This document shows positions 51,378 through 63,643 of a stretch of DNA of 64,000 nucleotides, in pieces. The stretch's first letter is position 1; each line of letters starts with the position of its first letter. Origin of the DNA: an uncultured Chloroflexia bacterium (GTDB taxonomy: Bacteria > Chloroflexota > Limnocylindria > Limnocylindrales > CSP1-4); the NCBI GenBank assembly GCA_963748625.1, contig CAVVJT010000010.1, positions 960,001-1,024,000 on the forward strand. Reading direction: 5' to 3'. Both the position numbers and the translations under genes were made by a program. The notes below the pieces were generated by a model that was not told where the DNA came from, ran no database searches, and worked only from the letters and a program-made list of their open reading frames with translations.

Positions 51378-52550
51378 CTAGCCGACGACGGCGTCGACGC
51401 CGCGCTTCTCGAGGGCGCGGGCGATCACCATGCGCTGGATCTCCGACGTGCCCTCCCAGATGCGGTCCACGCGCAGCTCGCGCAGGTAGCGCTCGGCCGG
51501 GAACTCGCGCATGTAGCCGCGCCCTCCGAAGACCTGCACGGCGCGGTCGGCGCAGCGGTATGCGGCCTCCGACGCGAACAGCTTGGCGATCGAGGCCTTC
51601 GCGTGGACGATCTTGGCGTTGGCGCCCTGGTCCATGAGCCACGCGGCCTCGCGGGTGAGCAGGCGCGCCGCGGCGGCATCGGCGGCCGAGTCGGCCAGCG
51701 GGAAGCTCACGCCCTGGAAGTCGTAGATGCGCTGGTCGAACTGGATGCGGCTGGTCGCCCAGTCCACCGCCAGGGTCAGCAGGCGCTCCATGGCGCCCGT
51801 GCAGCGCGCCCCGATGTGCAGCCGCTCCTCGACGAACCACTCGTTGGTCATGCTGTCGGCCTGACCGATCCCACCCAGGATCGCGTCGGCCGGGACCCGG
51901 ACGTCGGTGAGCGTGAACTGCGGATGCCGGTCGGCGAAGGTGTGGGTGTAGTCCGGGTCATGGCTCATGACCACGCCGGGGGTGTCGTAGTCCACCAGGA
52001 ACAGGGTCGGCAGGCGCTTGCCGTCGTCGAGCAGGTGGCAGTGGAAGATCATGAAGTCGGTGTTGGCGGGCCCGGTGACGAACCACTTCTCGCCGTTGAG
52101 GACGTACTCCCCGGTCGCCTGGTCGAGGACGGCCGTGGCTGCGAGGGTGCGGGCGTCCGACCCCTGACCGGGCTCCGTGATCGCGTAGGACCCGCTGCGC
52201 TCGCCGCGGAGGCTGGGGGCGAGGTAGCGCTCGCGCTGCTCGGGCGTGCAGTGGACGAGCGCGTTGTAGGCACCCGGGATGTGGGCCCAGAGACCGCCCG
52301 TTGCCTGCCCCAGCTGCTCGTGGACCAAGACCTGCTCCAGGGCGGACCAGCCCTGGCCGCCGACGGACACGGGCAGGCTGCCACCATGCAGACGCAGCTC
52401 GATGGCCCGCCGGCGGAGCTCCTCCACGGTGGCGGCCGGGAGGGTGTGCGCGCGCTCGAACGCCGCCTCGAGGGGCTGGAGGTGCTCGACGACGTAGGTG
52501 CGGGCGCGCTCGCGCAGGTCCAGCTGGTCGGGCGAGAGGGTCAGGTCCAT
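51378..52550 (-). CDS. Acyl-CoA dehydrogenase
   Basis: AITEPGQGSD, LNGEKWF, QVFGGRGY, IWEGTSEIQ. Confidence 0.93.
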   Translation of the reverse strand: MDLTLSPDQLDLRERARTYVVEHLQPLEAAFERAHTLPAATVEELRRRAIELRLHGGSLPVSVGGQGWSALEQVLVHEQLGQATGGLWAHIPGAYNALVHCTPEQRERYLAPSLRGERSGSYAITEPGQGSDARTLAATAVLDQATGEYVLNGEKWFVTGPANTDFMIFHCHLLDDGKRLPTLFLVDYDTPGVVMSHDPDYTHTFADRHPQFTLTDVRVPADAILGGIGQADSMTNEWFVEERLHIGARCTGAMERLLTLAVDWATSRIQFDQRIYDFQGVSFPLADSAADAAAARLLTREAAWLMDQGANAKIVHAKASIAKLFASEAAYRCADRAVQVFGGRGYMREFPAERYLRELRVDRIWEGTSEIQRMVIARALEKRGVDAVVG

Positions 52551-52625
52551 GCGGCGGAGTGTCGCGGAGCGCGCCGCTGCGCGGACGGGTCAGTCCCGGC
52601 GGCCGGAACAGGGTCGCGCGGTTCG

Positions 52626-53552
52626 TCAGGCCTCGGGCGTGCGCAGGCGGATCCCCGCCGCGTCCTCGGCCAGACGCACCGCGGACAGGCCGCCGGCGTC
52701 ATCGCCGTAGAGCGCGCGTGCCCGCCGGTGCAGCTGCTCCACGAGGGCCGCCAGCTCGAGCGGCACCCCCACGTCGCGTCCCAGGTCCACCGCGAGCGCC
52801 AGGTCCTTGGTGGCGAGATCGAGCGTGTAGCTCGCGTCGTAGTCGCCCGCGAACACCCCCTCGATGTCCCGCCGCAGCAGGATCGAGCCCGCAGGCCCTT
52901 CCACCACCGCACGCCGCAGGACCGCGGTGTCCACCCCGGCCTTGGCGCCCAGCACCAGGACCTCAGCGGAGGCGGCCGCGTGGATGAGCCACAGCATGGT
53001 CAGGCACAGCTTCACGACGTAGCCCGAACCCCGCCCCCCGACATGCTGGATGCGCCCCGGAGACGCCACCGCCTCGAGCACCGGCCGCACCCGGTCGAGG
53101 TCGGCAGTGGACCCCCCGACGAACACCTGGAGCGTGCCCGCGTCGACCTCGCTGACCATCCCCGCCACTGGCGCGTCCAGCACGGCAACCCGCCTGTCCG
53201 AGGCGTCAAGCCCGATCGCACGCGCGACGGCCGGTGACGACGTGCTCATGTCCATCCAGATCGCGCCCTCGCGCAGCGCCTGGAAGGCACCGGACCTGCC
53301 GGCCATCACCGCCTCGATCTGCGGCGGGCCGGGCAGCATGGTGATCAGGATGTCGCACGATGCTGCCGCCCCGGGCGCCGTCTCGGCCGCCACGGCACCC
53401 AGCGCGACGAGCGGCTCGGTGGCCTCCGTGCGGGCGTCGAAGACGACCATGGCGAACCCGGCCTGCCGGAGCCTGGCAGCAACCGGTGCGCCCATGCGCC
53501 CGAGACCGATGAAGCCGACGACGGGGCGGTCGGAGCCGGTGGGCCAGCGCAT
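52626..53552 (-). CDS. 3-hydroxyisobutyrate dehydrogenase-family oxidoreductase
   Basis: GFIGLGRMG, DMSTS, LDAPV, KDL. Confidence 0.88.
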   Translation of the reverse strand: MRWPTGSDRPVVGFIGLGRMGAPVAARLRQAGFAMVVFDARTEATEPLVALGAVAAETAPGAAASCDILITMLPGPPQIEAVMAGRSGAFQALREGAIWMDMSTSSPAVARAIGLDASDRRVAVLDAPVAGMVSEVDAGTLQVFVGGSTADLDRVRPVLEAVASPGRIQHVGGRGSGYVVKLCLTMLWLIHAAASAEVLVLGAKAGVDTAVLRRAVVEGPAGSILLRRDIEGVFAGDYDASYTLDLATKDLALAVDLGRDVGVPLELAALVEQLHRRARALYGDDAGGLSAVRLAEDAAGIRLRTPEA

Positions 53553-53636
53553 CAGGGCCCCCCTCTGGGTGTTGGGCTTGGGCATGGCTCAGGGCTCCTG
53601 CGGCATGACGGCGGGCTTCTGCGGCATGACGGCGGA

Positions 53637-55340
53637 CTAGAGCCGCCGGCCGCGGGTCAGGCTTCCGAAGAGACCGCGCAGGACGGCCTCACCGAGATCG
53701 CCGTCCACGGCTCGGCCAACGGTCCGGGCGACCTCCCGGTACGTCTTCTGGCGCTCCTTCTCCAGGGCCGCCGCCTCGCGCTCCTGGGCGCGCCGCTCAC
53801 GTCGCTGCGTCTCGAGCTCCTTGGCGCGGCGCGCGATCTCACGCTTCTCCTGGGCCGGGGTCATGCCGCCGTAACCGGTCGAGGCCGGCGCGCTCCCTTC
53901 CGCGGCCTCTGGCCACACCTTGCGGAGCTGCTCCTCGCTGGCCTTCGCCGACGCCTCCGCGTCGGCTGCCGCCGTGGCTGCCGCCTTCGCCGCGGCGAGC
54001 CGCGCGGAGATGATCTCGTGCGCGCTCTGCGGGTCAAGCGCCTCCGCGTAGCGCCCCGCCAGTGGTGAGGCGGCGATCACCGCGTCCAGCTCCGCCGGGG
54101 AGAGGGGCGCCATCCGGGAGTCCGGGGGCACCAGGCGGGTCGCGGCCAGCGGCGTGGGCACGCCGTTGGGTCCCAGCACCGTCACCAGCGCCTCACCGAT
54201 GCCGAGCGTCGTGAGCGTGCGCTCCACGTCGTAGTGATCGGTCAGCGGGAACGTGCGTGCGGACTTGCGAAGGTCGTCGGCGTCATCGGCCGTGAACGCC
54301 CGGAGCGCGTGCTGGACGCGGTTGCCCAGCTGGCCCAGCACCGATGACGGCACGTCGGTGGGAGCCTGGGTCACGAACCACACACCGACACCCTTGGACC
54401 GGATGAGGCGGGCCGTCCGCTCGATCTGCTCCATCAGCGCGTCGGACGCGTCGGCGAACAGGAGGTGCGCCTCATCGAAGAAGAAGGCAAGCTTCGGCTT
54501 GGGCAGATCGCCCTCCTCGGGGAGCGATTCGTACAACTGCGCGAGCAGCCACAACACGAACGTGGAGTACAGCCGCGGCCGCTCCATGACGTCGGCGACC
54601 TCGAGCAGGCTGACCACACCCTTGCCGTCGGCGGTGGTGCGCATGAGGTCGTCCGGGTCGAACTCGGGCTCGCCGAAGAGGTCGGCCGCGCCCTCCTGCT
54701 CCAGCATCACCAGCGAGCGCAGGATCACGCCCAGGGTGGCCGAGCTCATGCCGCCGAGATCCTCGAGGATCGGCTTGGCCTCGTCCGTGCCCAGGAACTT
54801 GAGCGTCGTGCGCAGGTCGGCGAGATCCAGGAGCGGCAGGCTCTCGCGGTCGCAGTAGTGGAAGACCATCGCGAGCACGCTCGACTGGGTCTCGTTGAGG
54901 TCGAGGACCTTGGCCAGGAGGAGCGGGCCGAAGGACGACACCGACGCACGTACGTGGGCGCCGCGAGCCCCGGTGAGCGAGAGAATCTCCACCGGGTACG
55001 CCTGCGGCGTGAACGTCCAGGCGAGCGAGGCGCTGCGCTGGGCGACCTTGGGGTTGGTGCCGTCTCCCGGCGCACCGAGACCGGACAGGTCGCCCTTGAC
55101 GTCCACCGCGAACACGGGGACGCCGGCCGCCGACAGCTGGCCCGCGAGCAGCTGCAGGGTCTTGGTCTTGCCAGTGCCCGTGGCGCCCGCGATGAGCCCG
55201 TGGCGGTTGACGCGTGAGAGCGGGATGGCGACCCGGACGTCGGCGAGCACCTCGCCATCCTTCATCGGCGAGCCGAGCACGATCGTGGGCTCATCGAACG
55301 TGTAGCCGGCTGCCATGTCGGCGCGGAACGCCTCGTCCAC
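53637..55340 (-). CDS. HerA-like ATPase (DUF853/YjgR family)
   Basis: NRHGLIAGATGTGKT, FFDEAH, IRSKGVG, LGNRVQH. Confidence 0.9.
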   Translation of the reverse strand: MDEAFRADMAAGYTFDEPTIVLGSPMKDGEVLADVRVAIPLSRVNRHGLIAGATGTGKTKTLQLLAGQLSAAGVPVFAVDVKGDLSGLGAPGDGTNPKVAQRSASLAWTFTPQAYPVEILSLTGARGAHVRASVSSFGPLLLAKVLDLNETQSSVLAMVFHYCDRESLPLLDLADLRTTLKFLGTDEAKPILEDLGGMSSATLGVILRSLVMLEQEGAADLFGEPEFDPDDLMRTTADGKGVVSLLEVADVMERPRLYSTFVLWLLAQLYESLPEEGDLPKPKLAFFFDEAHLLFADASDALMEQIERTARLIRSKGVGVWFVTQAPTDVPSSVLGQLGNRVQHALRAFTADDADDLRKSARTFPLTDHYDVERTLTTLGIGEALVTVLGPNGVPTPLAATRLVPPDSRMAPLSPAELDAVIAASPLAGRYAEALDPQSAHEIISARLAAAKAAATAAADAEASAKASEEQLRKVWPEAAEGSAPASTGYGGMTPAQEKREIARRAKELETQRRERRAQEREAAALEKERQKTYREVARTVGRAVDGDLGEAVLRGLFGSLTRGRRL

Positions 55341-55490
55341 GATGCCTCCTCACCGCTCCTGGTCAGTGACCGGGCCGGGGACGCAGGGCACGAGCCCCGG
55401 CTGCGACCATGATCGCTCGCCGGGGTCGCGCGTGCCAGCGGTTCGCAGCGCGTGCCAGCGGTTCGCGGCGCGTAGCCCCTCGTGGGCATG

Positions 55491-55690
55491 CCGCCTCCCG
55501 CTGGGCGGGCCTTGCGTGCGGCCCTCGGGCTTGCCGCCTCCCGCTGGGGGGCCTTGCGCGCGGGATCCTGCACGTTCGGCCCGCCAGGCGGGAGGATCGG
55601 GGGATTTCGCGGCCCCAGGGTCGCCATCTGCCCGCTGCGCGGCACGGGTGTGCAGAATTCCGCATGCAGCGCCCGCCACGTGGCAGGCGG
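55491..55690. repeat. Palindromic element family B, copy 2, with a duplicated left end
   Basis: 55491-55521 matches 2537-2567 at 30/31; full copy from 55534 is colinear with 2537-2692. Confidence 0.75.
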
Positions 55691-55727
55691 GGACCTGGTC
55701 CCGTTGCGCGCGGACGGAGCACGAGGA

Positions 55728-56603
55728 TCAGTCCTCGGGCGCCCTCGGGTAGGTGCCCAGGATCCGGACCACCTCGGTCTCGCCGCGCAGCTCGTCGAGG
55801 GCGGCGGCCAGCGCAGGCTCGGACGGATCGCCGTCGAGGTCCACCCAGAACAGGTACTCCCAACGCACCTCGGCCTCGGTCCAGGGCCTGGACTCCAGGC
55901 GCACGAGGTTGATGCCGCGTGTCGCGAACGCACCCAGCGACCGGTACAGCGACCCCGCCACGTTGCGGACGGCGAAGACCAGCGACGTCCTGGGCGGGCC
56001 TGACACGGCCGCCTCCGACGCCTCCGCCCGCACTGAAGCCTCACGCCCCGGCGCGCACAGCACGGCGAACCGGGTCCGGTTGCTGTCGCCCGACTGGATG
56101 TCCGCTGCGACCACCTCGAGGCCGTAGAGCGGCGCGACCCGGGCCGACGCCACCGCCGCCGCACCCCGCTCCCCGCGCTCGGCGACCTGCTTGGCTGCCC
56201 CCGCCGTGTTGTACGTGGTCAGGATCTGCCACGGGCGAGAGGCCAGGAATGCATCCGCTTGGGCGAGCGCCGCGGTGATGGAGTACACGCGCTCGATGGA
56301 GCCGAGCGTCTCGCCGGGCAGGGCGAGCAGCGCCAGCCGCACAGGCACAGAGACCTCACCCGCGACCGGCAGCGAGAACTCCCAGAGCAGGTCGGAGTTC
56401 TCGCGGATCGACCCCAGCAGCGACGACTCCACCGGCACGACGCCCGCCTCGACCGAGCCATCGCGCACCGCCTCGAACACGGCGCGGAACGAGGACATGG
56501 GCACGGGCGCAGGATCGGCGAAGAACCGCAGCACCGCCTCTTCCGCGAAGGCACCAGGCTCGCCGGTGTACGCGACGCGCAGGCGCACCTTGTGCCCACT
56601 CAC
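55728..56603 (-). CDS. pheA: Prephenate dehydratase
   Basis: GEPGAFAE, VPVESS..G, NTAGAA, NRTRF, ACT domain LESRP. Confidence 0.92.
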   Translation of the reverse strand: MSGHKVRLRVAYTGEPGAFAEEAVLRFFADPAPVPMSSFRAVFEAVRDGSVEAGVVPVESSLLGSIRENSDLLWEFSLPVAGEVSVPVRLALLALPGETLGSIERVYSITAALAQADAFLASRPWQILTTYNTAGAAKQVAERGERGAAAVASARVAPLYGLEVVAADIQSGDSNRTRFAVLCAPGREASVRAEASEAAVSGPPRTSLVFAVRNVAGSLYRSLGAFATRGINLVRLESRPWTEAEVRWEYLFWVDLDGDPSEPALAAALDELRGETEVVRILGTYPRAPED

Positions 56604-57499
56604 GCCCTGGAGCCCCGCGTCACCTGCACGGACACCGGGATTGCGAGCGTCCCGTCCGGCCGGCGATGCACCGCACACAGCCCATCGAACGCCTCCCTGA
56701 TCGCGGCCTGCACCTCGGGTGCCTGGTGGATCACCAGCGACGGCACCCGGACGGCCGAGTCCAGGATCCCCCGCCACAGCGTGCCGGCGTCGGGCACGAC
56801 GGCCTCGAACATGATGTGGCTGATCCCCACCCGCTCGAAGCCGGCGGCGATGAACAGGTCGCGAAGCTCCTCGTCGGAGCGGAAGTTCGTGGGCCCTTCC
56901 GGGACGCCGGCTGGTGCCACCGCGCCGGCCGCCGCCACCGCGTCCAGCATGAGCCCAAGGACCCGGTTGCGCCGCGGCGCATCCCAGCTCGCGAGCGCAA
57001 GCCAGCCCCCGGTCCGCAGCACCCGTCGCGCCTCGCGCATCGCCACCTCGGGCCGCCCAACGTGGTTGAGCACGAAGTTGCCGAGCACCGCGTCAAACGT
57101 CCCGCGTCCGGCCGGGATCTCTTCGAAGCTGCCAATCCGGAACGGGATCGACGGGTGGGCGATGGCCGCCCGACGCACCATGGACGGCGCGACATCGATG
57201 CCCACGGTGTCCGCGCCCAGCTCCGCGGCGGCAGCCGCCAGGTCGCCGGGGCCGCAGCCGACGTCGAGCACCTCTGCCCCCGGCGCGACCTCCGCAACGG
57301 CCAGGAGCGTGCGGCCCACCCGCCCCGTGATCGGGCGCAGGAAGTCATACGAGCTGGCGACGGCCTCCCAGCCGGCAGCCTCGAAGCGGTTGAACGCCTC
57401 GGCGTCGATCGGGATCGCGGGAGCGGCCGCACCGGCATCGGGCGCCGACTCCGCGCCGACGACCCTCGCAGCCTCGCCCCCGCCTACCGGTTGAACCAC
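56600..57499 (-). CDS. Class I SAM-dependent methyltransferase
   Basis: VLDVGCGPG, FDAV, RVLRTGG. Confidence 0.88.
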   Translation of the reverse strand: MVQPVGGGEAARVVGAESAPDAGAAAPAIPIDAEAFNRFEAAGWEAVASSYDFLRPITGRVGRTLLAVAEVAPGAEVLDVGCGPGDLAAAAAELGADTVGIDVAPSMVRRAAIAHPSIPFRIGSFEEIPAGRGTFDAVLGNFVLNHVGRPEVAMREARRVLRTGGWLALASWDAPRRNRVLGLMLDAVAAAGAVAPAGVPEGPTNFRSDEELRDLFIAAGFERVGISHIMFEAVVPDAGTLWRGILDSAVRVPSLVIHQAPEVQAAIREAFDGLCAVHRRPDGTLAIPVSVQVTRGSRA

Positions 57500-58040
57500 T
57501 CCGTCGCGTCGATGGGCTCGGCCTCGACGACCAGCTCGGCACCGGCGTGGTGCTCCGGCGCCGCGGGGACACCCTCTGCCGACGCGGCCGCCTCGGGCGC
57601 GCCCGCCCAGGACTCCACGGCCAGCAGCGCGTTGAGCGCCTGGACGTAGGCCTCCACGGACGCCGCGAGGATGCTGTTGGACGACACCTCCGCCGCGAAC
57701 TCGCCCTCAGCGCGGCTGCCGGTCGCAGCTGCGGGCGGGGCGACCCTGACCGAGGCCCGGCCCTCCGCATCGGTGCCCTCGGCGAGCGCGTGGACGTCGT
57801 AGGCGACCAGCCGCGGCTGCCCGCCCAGGATGGCCCGCAGTGCCGAGTCCACCGCGGAGAAGAGCGCGTCGATCGCGCCCGTCCCCTCAGCCGAGGCCTG
57901 CCAGTCACGCCCGCCGCCCGAGAGGACGACCGCGGCCCGGCTGGTCGTGTTGGACCCGGCCGTGACCGTCCAGCGCTCCAGGCGAACCGGCTCGGCCGAC
58001 GATGGGGCCGCGGAACCGGGCGCGGAACGTGCCGGCTCGC

Positions 58041-58044
<4 letters not shown>
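57484..58044 (-). CDS. Stand-alone LeuA allosteric (regulatory) domain protein
   Basis: GTGAIDALF..YDVHAL..GTDA.G..ILAASVEAY. Confidence 0.8.
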
Positions 58045-59690
<1,646 letters not shown>

Positions 59691-59778
59691 GGGAGCGTGA
59701 TCCGTTTCGGGGTGCGGGGAGGTGTTGGCGATCCGGTCTCGGCCGGCCACCCGCTCGCGTCGGAGCGGGCACCGGCCG

Positions 59779-60948
59779 TCAAATCGCGATCCGGTCCCCG
59801 ATGACCCGGGCCATCTCCCTGGTGCCCACGAGCGTGACCGCCTCCCCGTCCGCGGAGCCCGCGGCGAGCAGGTCCTTGGTGCGATAGCCCGCGTTGAGGG
59901 CGTCGTTGACGGCGGCCTCGATGGCATCGGCGGCCTCCGCCTGGCCCAGCGACCAGCGCAGCATCATCGCCGCGGACAGGATGGTCCCCAGCGGGTTCGC
60001 CAGGTCCTGGCCCGCGATGTCCGGTGCCGAGCCGTGGATGGGCTCGTAGAGGCCGTGGGTGCCGTGCGCAGTCTTGTGCACCCCGAGCGACGCCGACGGG
60101 AGCATGCCCAGCGAGCCCGCGATGACCGCGGCCTCGTCGGACAGGATGTCGCCGAACAGGTTCTCGGTGACGAGCACGTCGAAGCCTGCCGGCCATTTGG
60201 CAAGGATCATGGCGGCGCTGTCGACCAGGCGGTGCTCCAGCTCCACGTCGGGGAAGTCCACGCGGACCTCCTCGGTGACCTTGCGCCACAGGCGGCTGGT
60301 GGCGAGGACGTTCGCCTTGTCCACCTGCGTGACCTTCTTGCGGCGGCCGCGGGCCAGCTCGAACGCCAGGGTGACGATGCGCCGGATCTCGCCCTCGGTG
60401 TACCAGAGGGTGTCGATGGCGGCGCGCTCGCCGTCGGGCAGGGTGCGCTGCTCGGACGGCTTGCCGAAGTAGAGGCCGGACGTGAGCTCGCGGAGGATCA
60501 GGCAGTCCACGCCCTCGAGGAGCTCCGGCTTGAGCGGACTCGCGCCGATGAGCTGCGGAAAGACGGTGATCGGGCGCAGGTTCGCGTACAGGCCGAGGCC
60601 CCCGCGCAGGGCGAACAGGGCCTGCTCCGGGCGCACGGCGGCGTCCGGGTTGTCCCACTTCGGCCCGCCGACCGCGCCGAGGAGCACGGCGTCGGCAGCA
60701 CGGCAGGCTTCGACGTCCTCGGGCCGGCAGGCGATGCCGTACGCATCGATGCCCGCACCGCCGACGACGAGGTTGTCCCATGCGAAGCCGAAGCCGAAGC
60801 GGCGGCCGGCGGCCTCGAGGACGCTCACCGCACCGTCGATGACCTCCGGCCCGACCCCGTCACCCGGGATCAGCGCGACCCGGTAGGTCGTCCGCGCCCG
60901 GTCCACGGTCTGTTCCGGGTCCGTCCCGGTGCTGCCAGCCTCCGTCAC
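59779..60948 (-). CDS. leuB: 3-isopropylmalate dehydrogenase
   Basis: GDGVGPE, VDKANV, NLFGDILSD, EPIHGSAPDIAG. Confidence 0.95.
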   Translation of the reverse strand: MTEAGSTGTDPEQTVDRARTTYRVALIPGDGVGPEVIDGAVSVLEAAGRRFGFGFAWDNLVVGGAGIDAYGIACRPEDVEACRAADAVLLGAVGGPKWDNPDAAVRPEQALFALRGGLGLYANLRPITVFPQLIGASPLKPELLEGVDCLILRELTSGLYFGKPSEQRTLPDGERAAIDTLWYTEGEIRRIVTLAFELARGRRKKVTQVDKANVLATSRLWRKVTEEVRVDFPDVELEHRLVDSAAMILAKWPAGFDVLVTENLFGDILSDEAAVIAGSLGMLPSASLGVHKTAHGTHGLYEPIHGSAPDIAGQDLANPLGTILSAAMMLRWSLGQAEAADAIEAAVNDALNAGYRTKDLLAAGSADGEAVTLVGTREMARVIGDRIAI

Positions 60949-62588
60949 GGGAGGTCCTCGACCTCGCGCCTGCCCACGAATGCCACCTCGACACCGTTGA
61001 TCTCGGCGCCGTGGAGCTTGTTCGCCGCCACGAGGTAGGCCTCCAGCGAGGCCTCGATGATGTTCGTGGAAAGACCGTGGCCGGTGACCAGCAGCGCGCC
61101 CGGACCCTCGTCCGACGAGCGGCGGGCACGGACCAGGACCTGGCCCTGGGCGTCACCGTCACCGGAGACCGCCTTGATCTCGTAGTCCGACAGGACCGGG
61201 AACCAACCCAGGACCGGCTGGACCGCCTCGTCCACCGCCTTGTAGAGCGCGTTGACCGGGCCGTTGCCGGTCGACGAGCCCGCCTTCGCCTCGCCCTTGA
61301 CCACCAGCGAGACCGAACCGACCGAGTGGCCACCCGACGCGGAGCTGACACTCCAGCCGAGCATCTCGATCGAGCGCGGCACGTCCGACTGCTTCTGCTC
61401 GAGGAGGGCGAGCAGGTCGTTGTCGGTGACCTCCTTCTTGCTGTCGGCCAGCGCGATGGCGGCGCGGTAGACCGCGTCGAGCTGGTCCCCCTCCACCTCG
61501 TGGCCCAGCTCGCGCAGCTTGCCCTGGAGCCCGCGCCGGCCGGACAGCTTGCCGATCGACAGGGTGCTTCCGGACAGCCCGACGGACTGCGGGGTCATGA
61601 TCTCGTAGGTGAGCGGGTTCTTGAGGAAGCCGTCCTGGTGGATGCCCGACTCGTGCGCGAACGCATTGGAGCCCACGATCGCCTTGTTGGGCTGGATCGC
61701 GAAGCCGGTCAGGTAGCTGACGAGCCGGCTGGCCGGGGTGATCTGCTCGGTCTGGACGCCTGCCGCGAGGCTCGGAAACTGGCCCGGGCGCGTGCGCAGG
61801 GCCATGATCACCTCTTCGAGCGACGCGTTGCCCGCGCGCTCGCCGAGGCCGTTGATGGTCACCTCGACCTGGCGGGCGCCCGCCTGCACCGCGGCCAGGG
61901 TGTTCGCCGTGGCGAGGCCCAGGTCGTTGTGGCAATGGACGCTGATGACGGCCTGGTCGTTGATCCGGCGCTTGACCTCGCTGACGAGGTTGCCGAACTC
62001 GGCCGGGATCGCATAGCCAACGGTGTCGGGGATGTTGAGCGTGGTTGCACCGGCCTCGGTGACCGCCTCGTACACGTCGAGCAGGTACGGGATCTCCGTC
62101 CGGCTGGCGTCCTCGGCCGAGAACTCGATCTCGGCGTCGCGGCCCAGGGCCTCGCGAGCCCATGTGACCCAGCGGACGGCCTCCTTGAGAGCCTGGTCGC
62201 GGCTGATGCGGAGCTTGTGCTTGAGGTGGATGTCGGAGGTGGCGATGAACAGGTGCAGGTGGGGACGCTCGGCGATGCCGATGGCCTCCACGGCACGCTG
62301 CGGATCACCGTCCTTGCAGCGGGCGAGCGCGGCGACGGCGATCCCGCCCCTGGTCTCCTGGGCAATGCGGCGGACCGCCTCGAAGTCGCCCGGTGATGCG
62401 CTCGGGAAGCCCGCCTCGATGACGTCCACCTTGAGGCGCACGAGCTGGCGTGCGACCTCCAGCTTCTCCGCGGCGGTGAGGCCGGCGCCGGGCGCCTGCT
62501 CGCCGTCACGGAGGGTGGTGTCGAAGATCCGGATCTTCCCGGCCGCGACGCCCTCGCCGAAGCGGGGGGTGATGGCCTCGAACGTCAT
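60945..62588 (-). CDS. leuA: 2-isopropylmalate synthase
   Basis: DTTLRDGEQ, HCHNDLG, GERAGN, HESGIHQDG. Confidence 0.95.
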   Translation of the reverse strand: MTFEAITPRFGEGVAAGKIRIFDTTLRDGEQAPGAGLTAAEKLEVARQLVRLKVDVIEAGFPSASPGDFEAVRRIAQETRGGIAVAALARCKDGDPQRAVEAIGIAERPHLHLFIATSDIHLKHKLRISRDQALKEAVRWVTWAREALGRDAEIEFSAEDASRTEIPYLLDVYEAVTEAGATTLNIPDTVGYAIPAEFGNLVSEVKRRINDQAVISVHCHNDLGLATANTLAAVQAGARQVEVTINGLGERAGNASLEEVIMALRTRPGQFPSLAAGVQTEQITPASRLVSYLTGFAIQPNKAIVGSNAFAHESGIHQDGFLKNPLTYEIMTPQSVGLSGSTLSIGKLSGRRGLQGKLRELGHEVEGDQLDAVYRAAIALADSKKEVTDNDLLALLEQKQSDVPRSIEMLGWSVSSASGGHSVGSVSLVVKGEAKAGSSTGNGPVNALYKAVDEAVQPVLGWFPVLSDYEIKAVSGDGDAQGQVLVRARRSSDEGPGALLVTGHGLSTNIIEASLEAYLVAANKLHGAEINGVEVAFVGRREVEDLP

Positions 62589-62590
62589 GG

Positions 62591-63643
62591 CTACTTCTCC
62601 GCGCCCGGTACCGAGCTGGCCACGGCCTGGGCCTGGCCGGCCTCGACGACGACGGGCTTGAGGAACGGCATCTTCGCGCGGAGGTCCGCGCCGACCTGCT
62701 CGATCTGGTGGTGCTTGTCCTTCTCGCGCAGCTCGCGGAACTCGCCGCCGCCCGCGTCCTGGACCGCGATCCAGCGCTCGGCGAAGGAGCCGCTCTGGAT
62801 GTCGGTGAGAACGTCCTTCATGGCTGCCTTGGCGCCCTCGGTCACGCGCGGGCCGCTGACGTAGTCGCCGAACTCGGCGGTGTCGCTGACGCTGAAGCGC
62901 ATGAAGTTGAGGCCACCGCGGTACATGAGGTCCACGATGAGCTTGAGCTCGTGCATGGTCTCGAAGTACGCGAGCTCGGGCTGGTAACCGGCCTCCACGA
63001 GCGTCTCGAACGCGGCCTTCACCAGGGCGGAGACGCCGCCGCACAGGAGGGCCTGCTCGCCGAACAGGTCGGTCTCGGTCTCCTCCTTGAAGGTGGTCTC
63101 GAGGACGCCTGCGCGGGTGTTGCCGTTGCCGCGCGCATAGGCGAGGACGCGGGCGCGCGCCGTGCCGGATGCGTCCTGCTCGACGGCGAACAGCGCCGGC
63201 ACCCCGCCGCCCTGCTCGTACACGGAGCGGACGAGGTGGCCGGGGCCCTTCGGGGCGACCATGCCCACGTCGATGGTGGCGGGCGGCTGGATGCGGGCGA
63301 ACCGGATGTTGAACCCGTGGGCGAACATGAGGAGCGCGCCCGGCTTGAGGTTGGGCTCGATCTCGGCGTCGTAGACGGACTTCTGCACGGTGTCGGGCAG
63401 GGCGATCATGATCACGTCGGCAGCCTTGACGGCATCCGCGACGCTCTTGACCTCGAAGCCCGCCGCCTCGGCGAGGGCACGGGACTTGGAGCCCTCGGCC
63501 AGGCCGACGATCACGCTCAGGCCCGAGTCGCGCAGGTTGGCCGCATGGGCGTGGCCCTGGGAGCCGTAGCCGAGGACCGCGATGGTCTGCCCCTCGAGCG
63601 CCGAGAGATCGGCATCGGCGTCGTAGTACATCTTCGCGGTCAC
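62591..63643 (-). CDS. ilvC: Ketol-acid reductoisomerase
   Basis: [29 protein letters not shown]. Confidence 0.96.
   Translation of the reverse strand: MTAKMYYDADADLSALEGQTIAVLGYGSQGHAHAANLRDSGLSVIVGLAEGSKSRALAEAAGFEVKSVADAVKAADVIMIALPDTVQKSVYDAEIEPNLKPGALLMFAHGFNIRFARIQPPATIDVGMVAPKGPGHLVRSVYEQGGGVPALFAVEQDASGTARARVLAYARGNGNTRAGVLETTFKEETETDLFGEQALLCGGVSALVKAAFETLVEAGYQPELAYFETMHELKLIVDLMYRGGLNFMRFSVSDTAEFGDYVSGPRVTEGAKAAMKDVLTDIQSGSFAERWIAVQDAGGGEFRELREKDKHHQIEQVGADLRAKMPFLKPVVVEAGQAQAVASSVPGAEK

Noticed and set aside
53637-55340. HerA-type anti-phage defence system
   Set aside because: DUF853/YjgR-type ATPase with no adjacent nuclease or SIR2 partner, in a housekeeping context.
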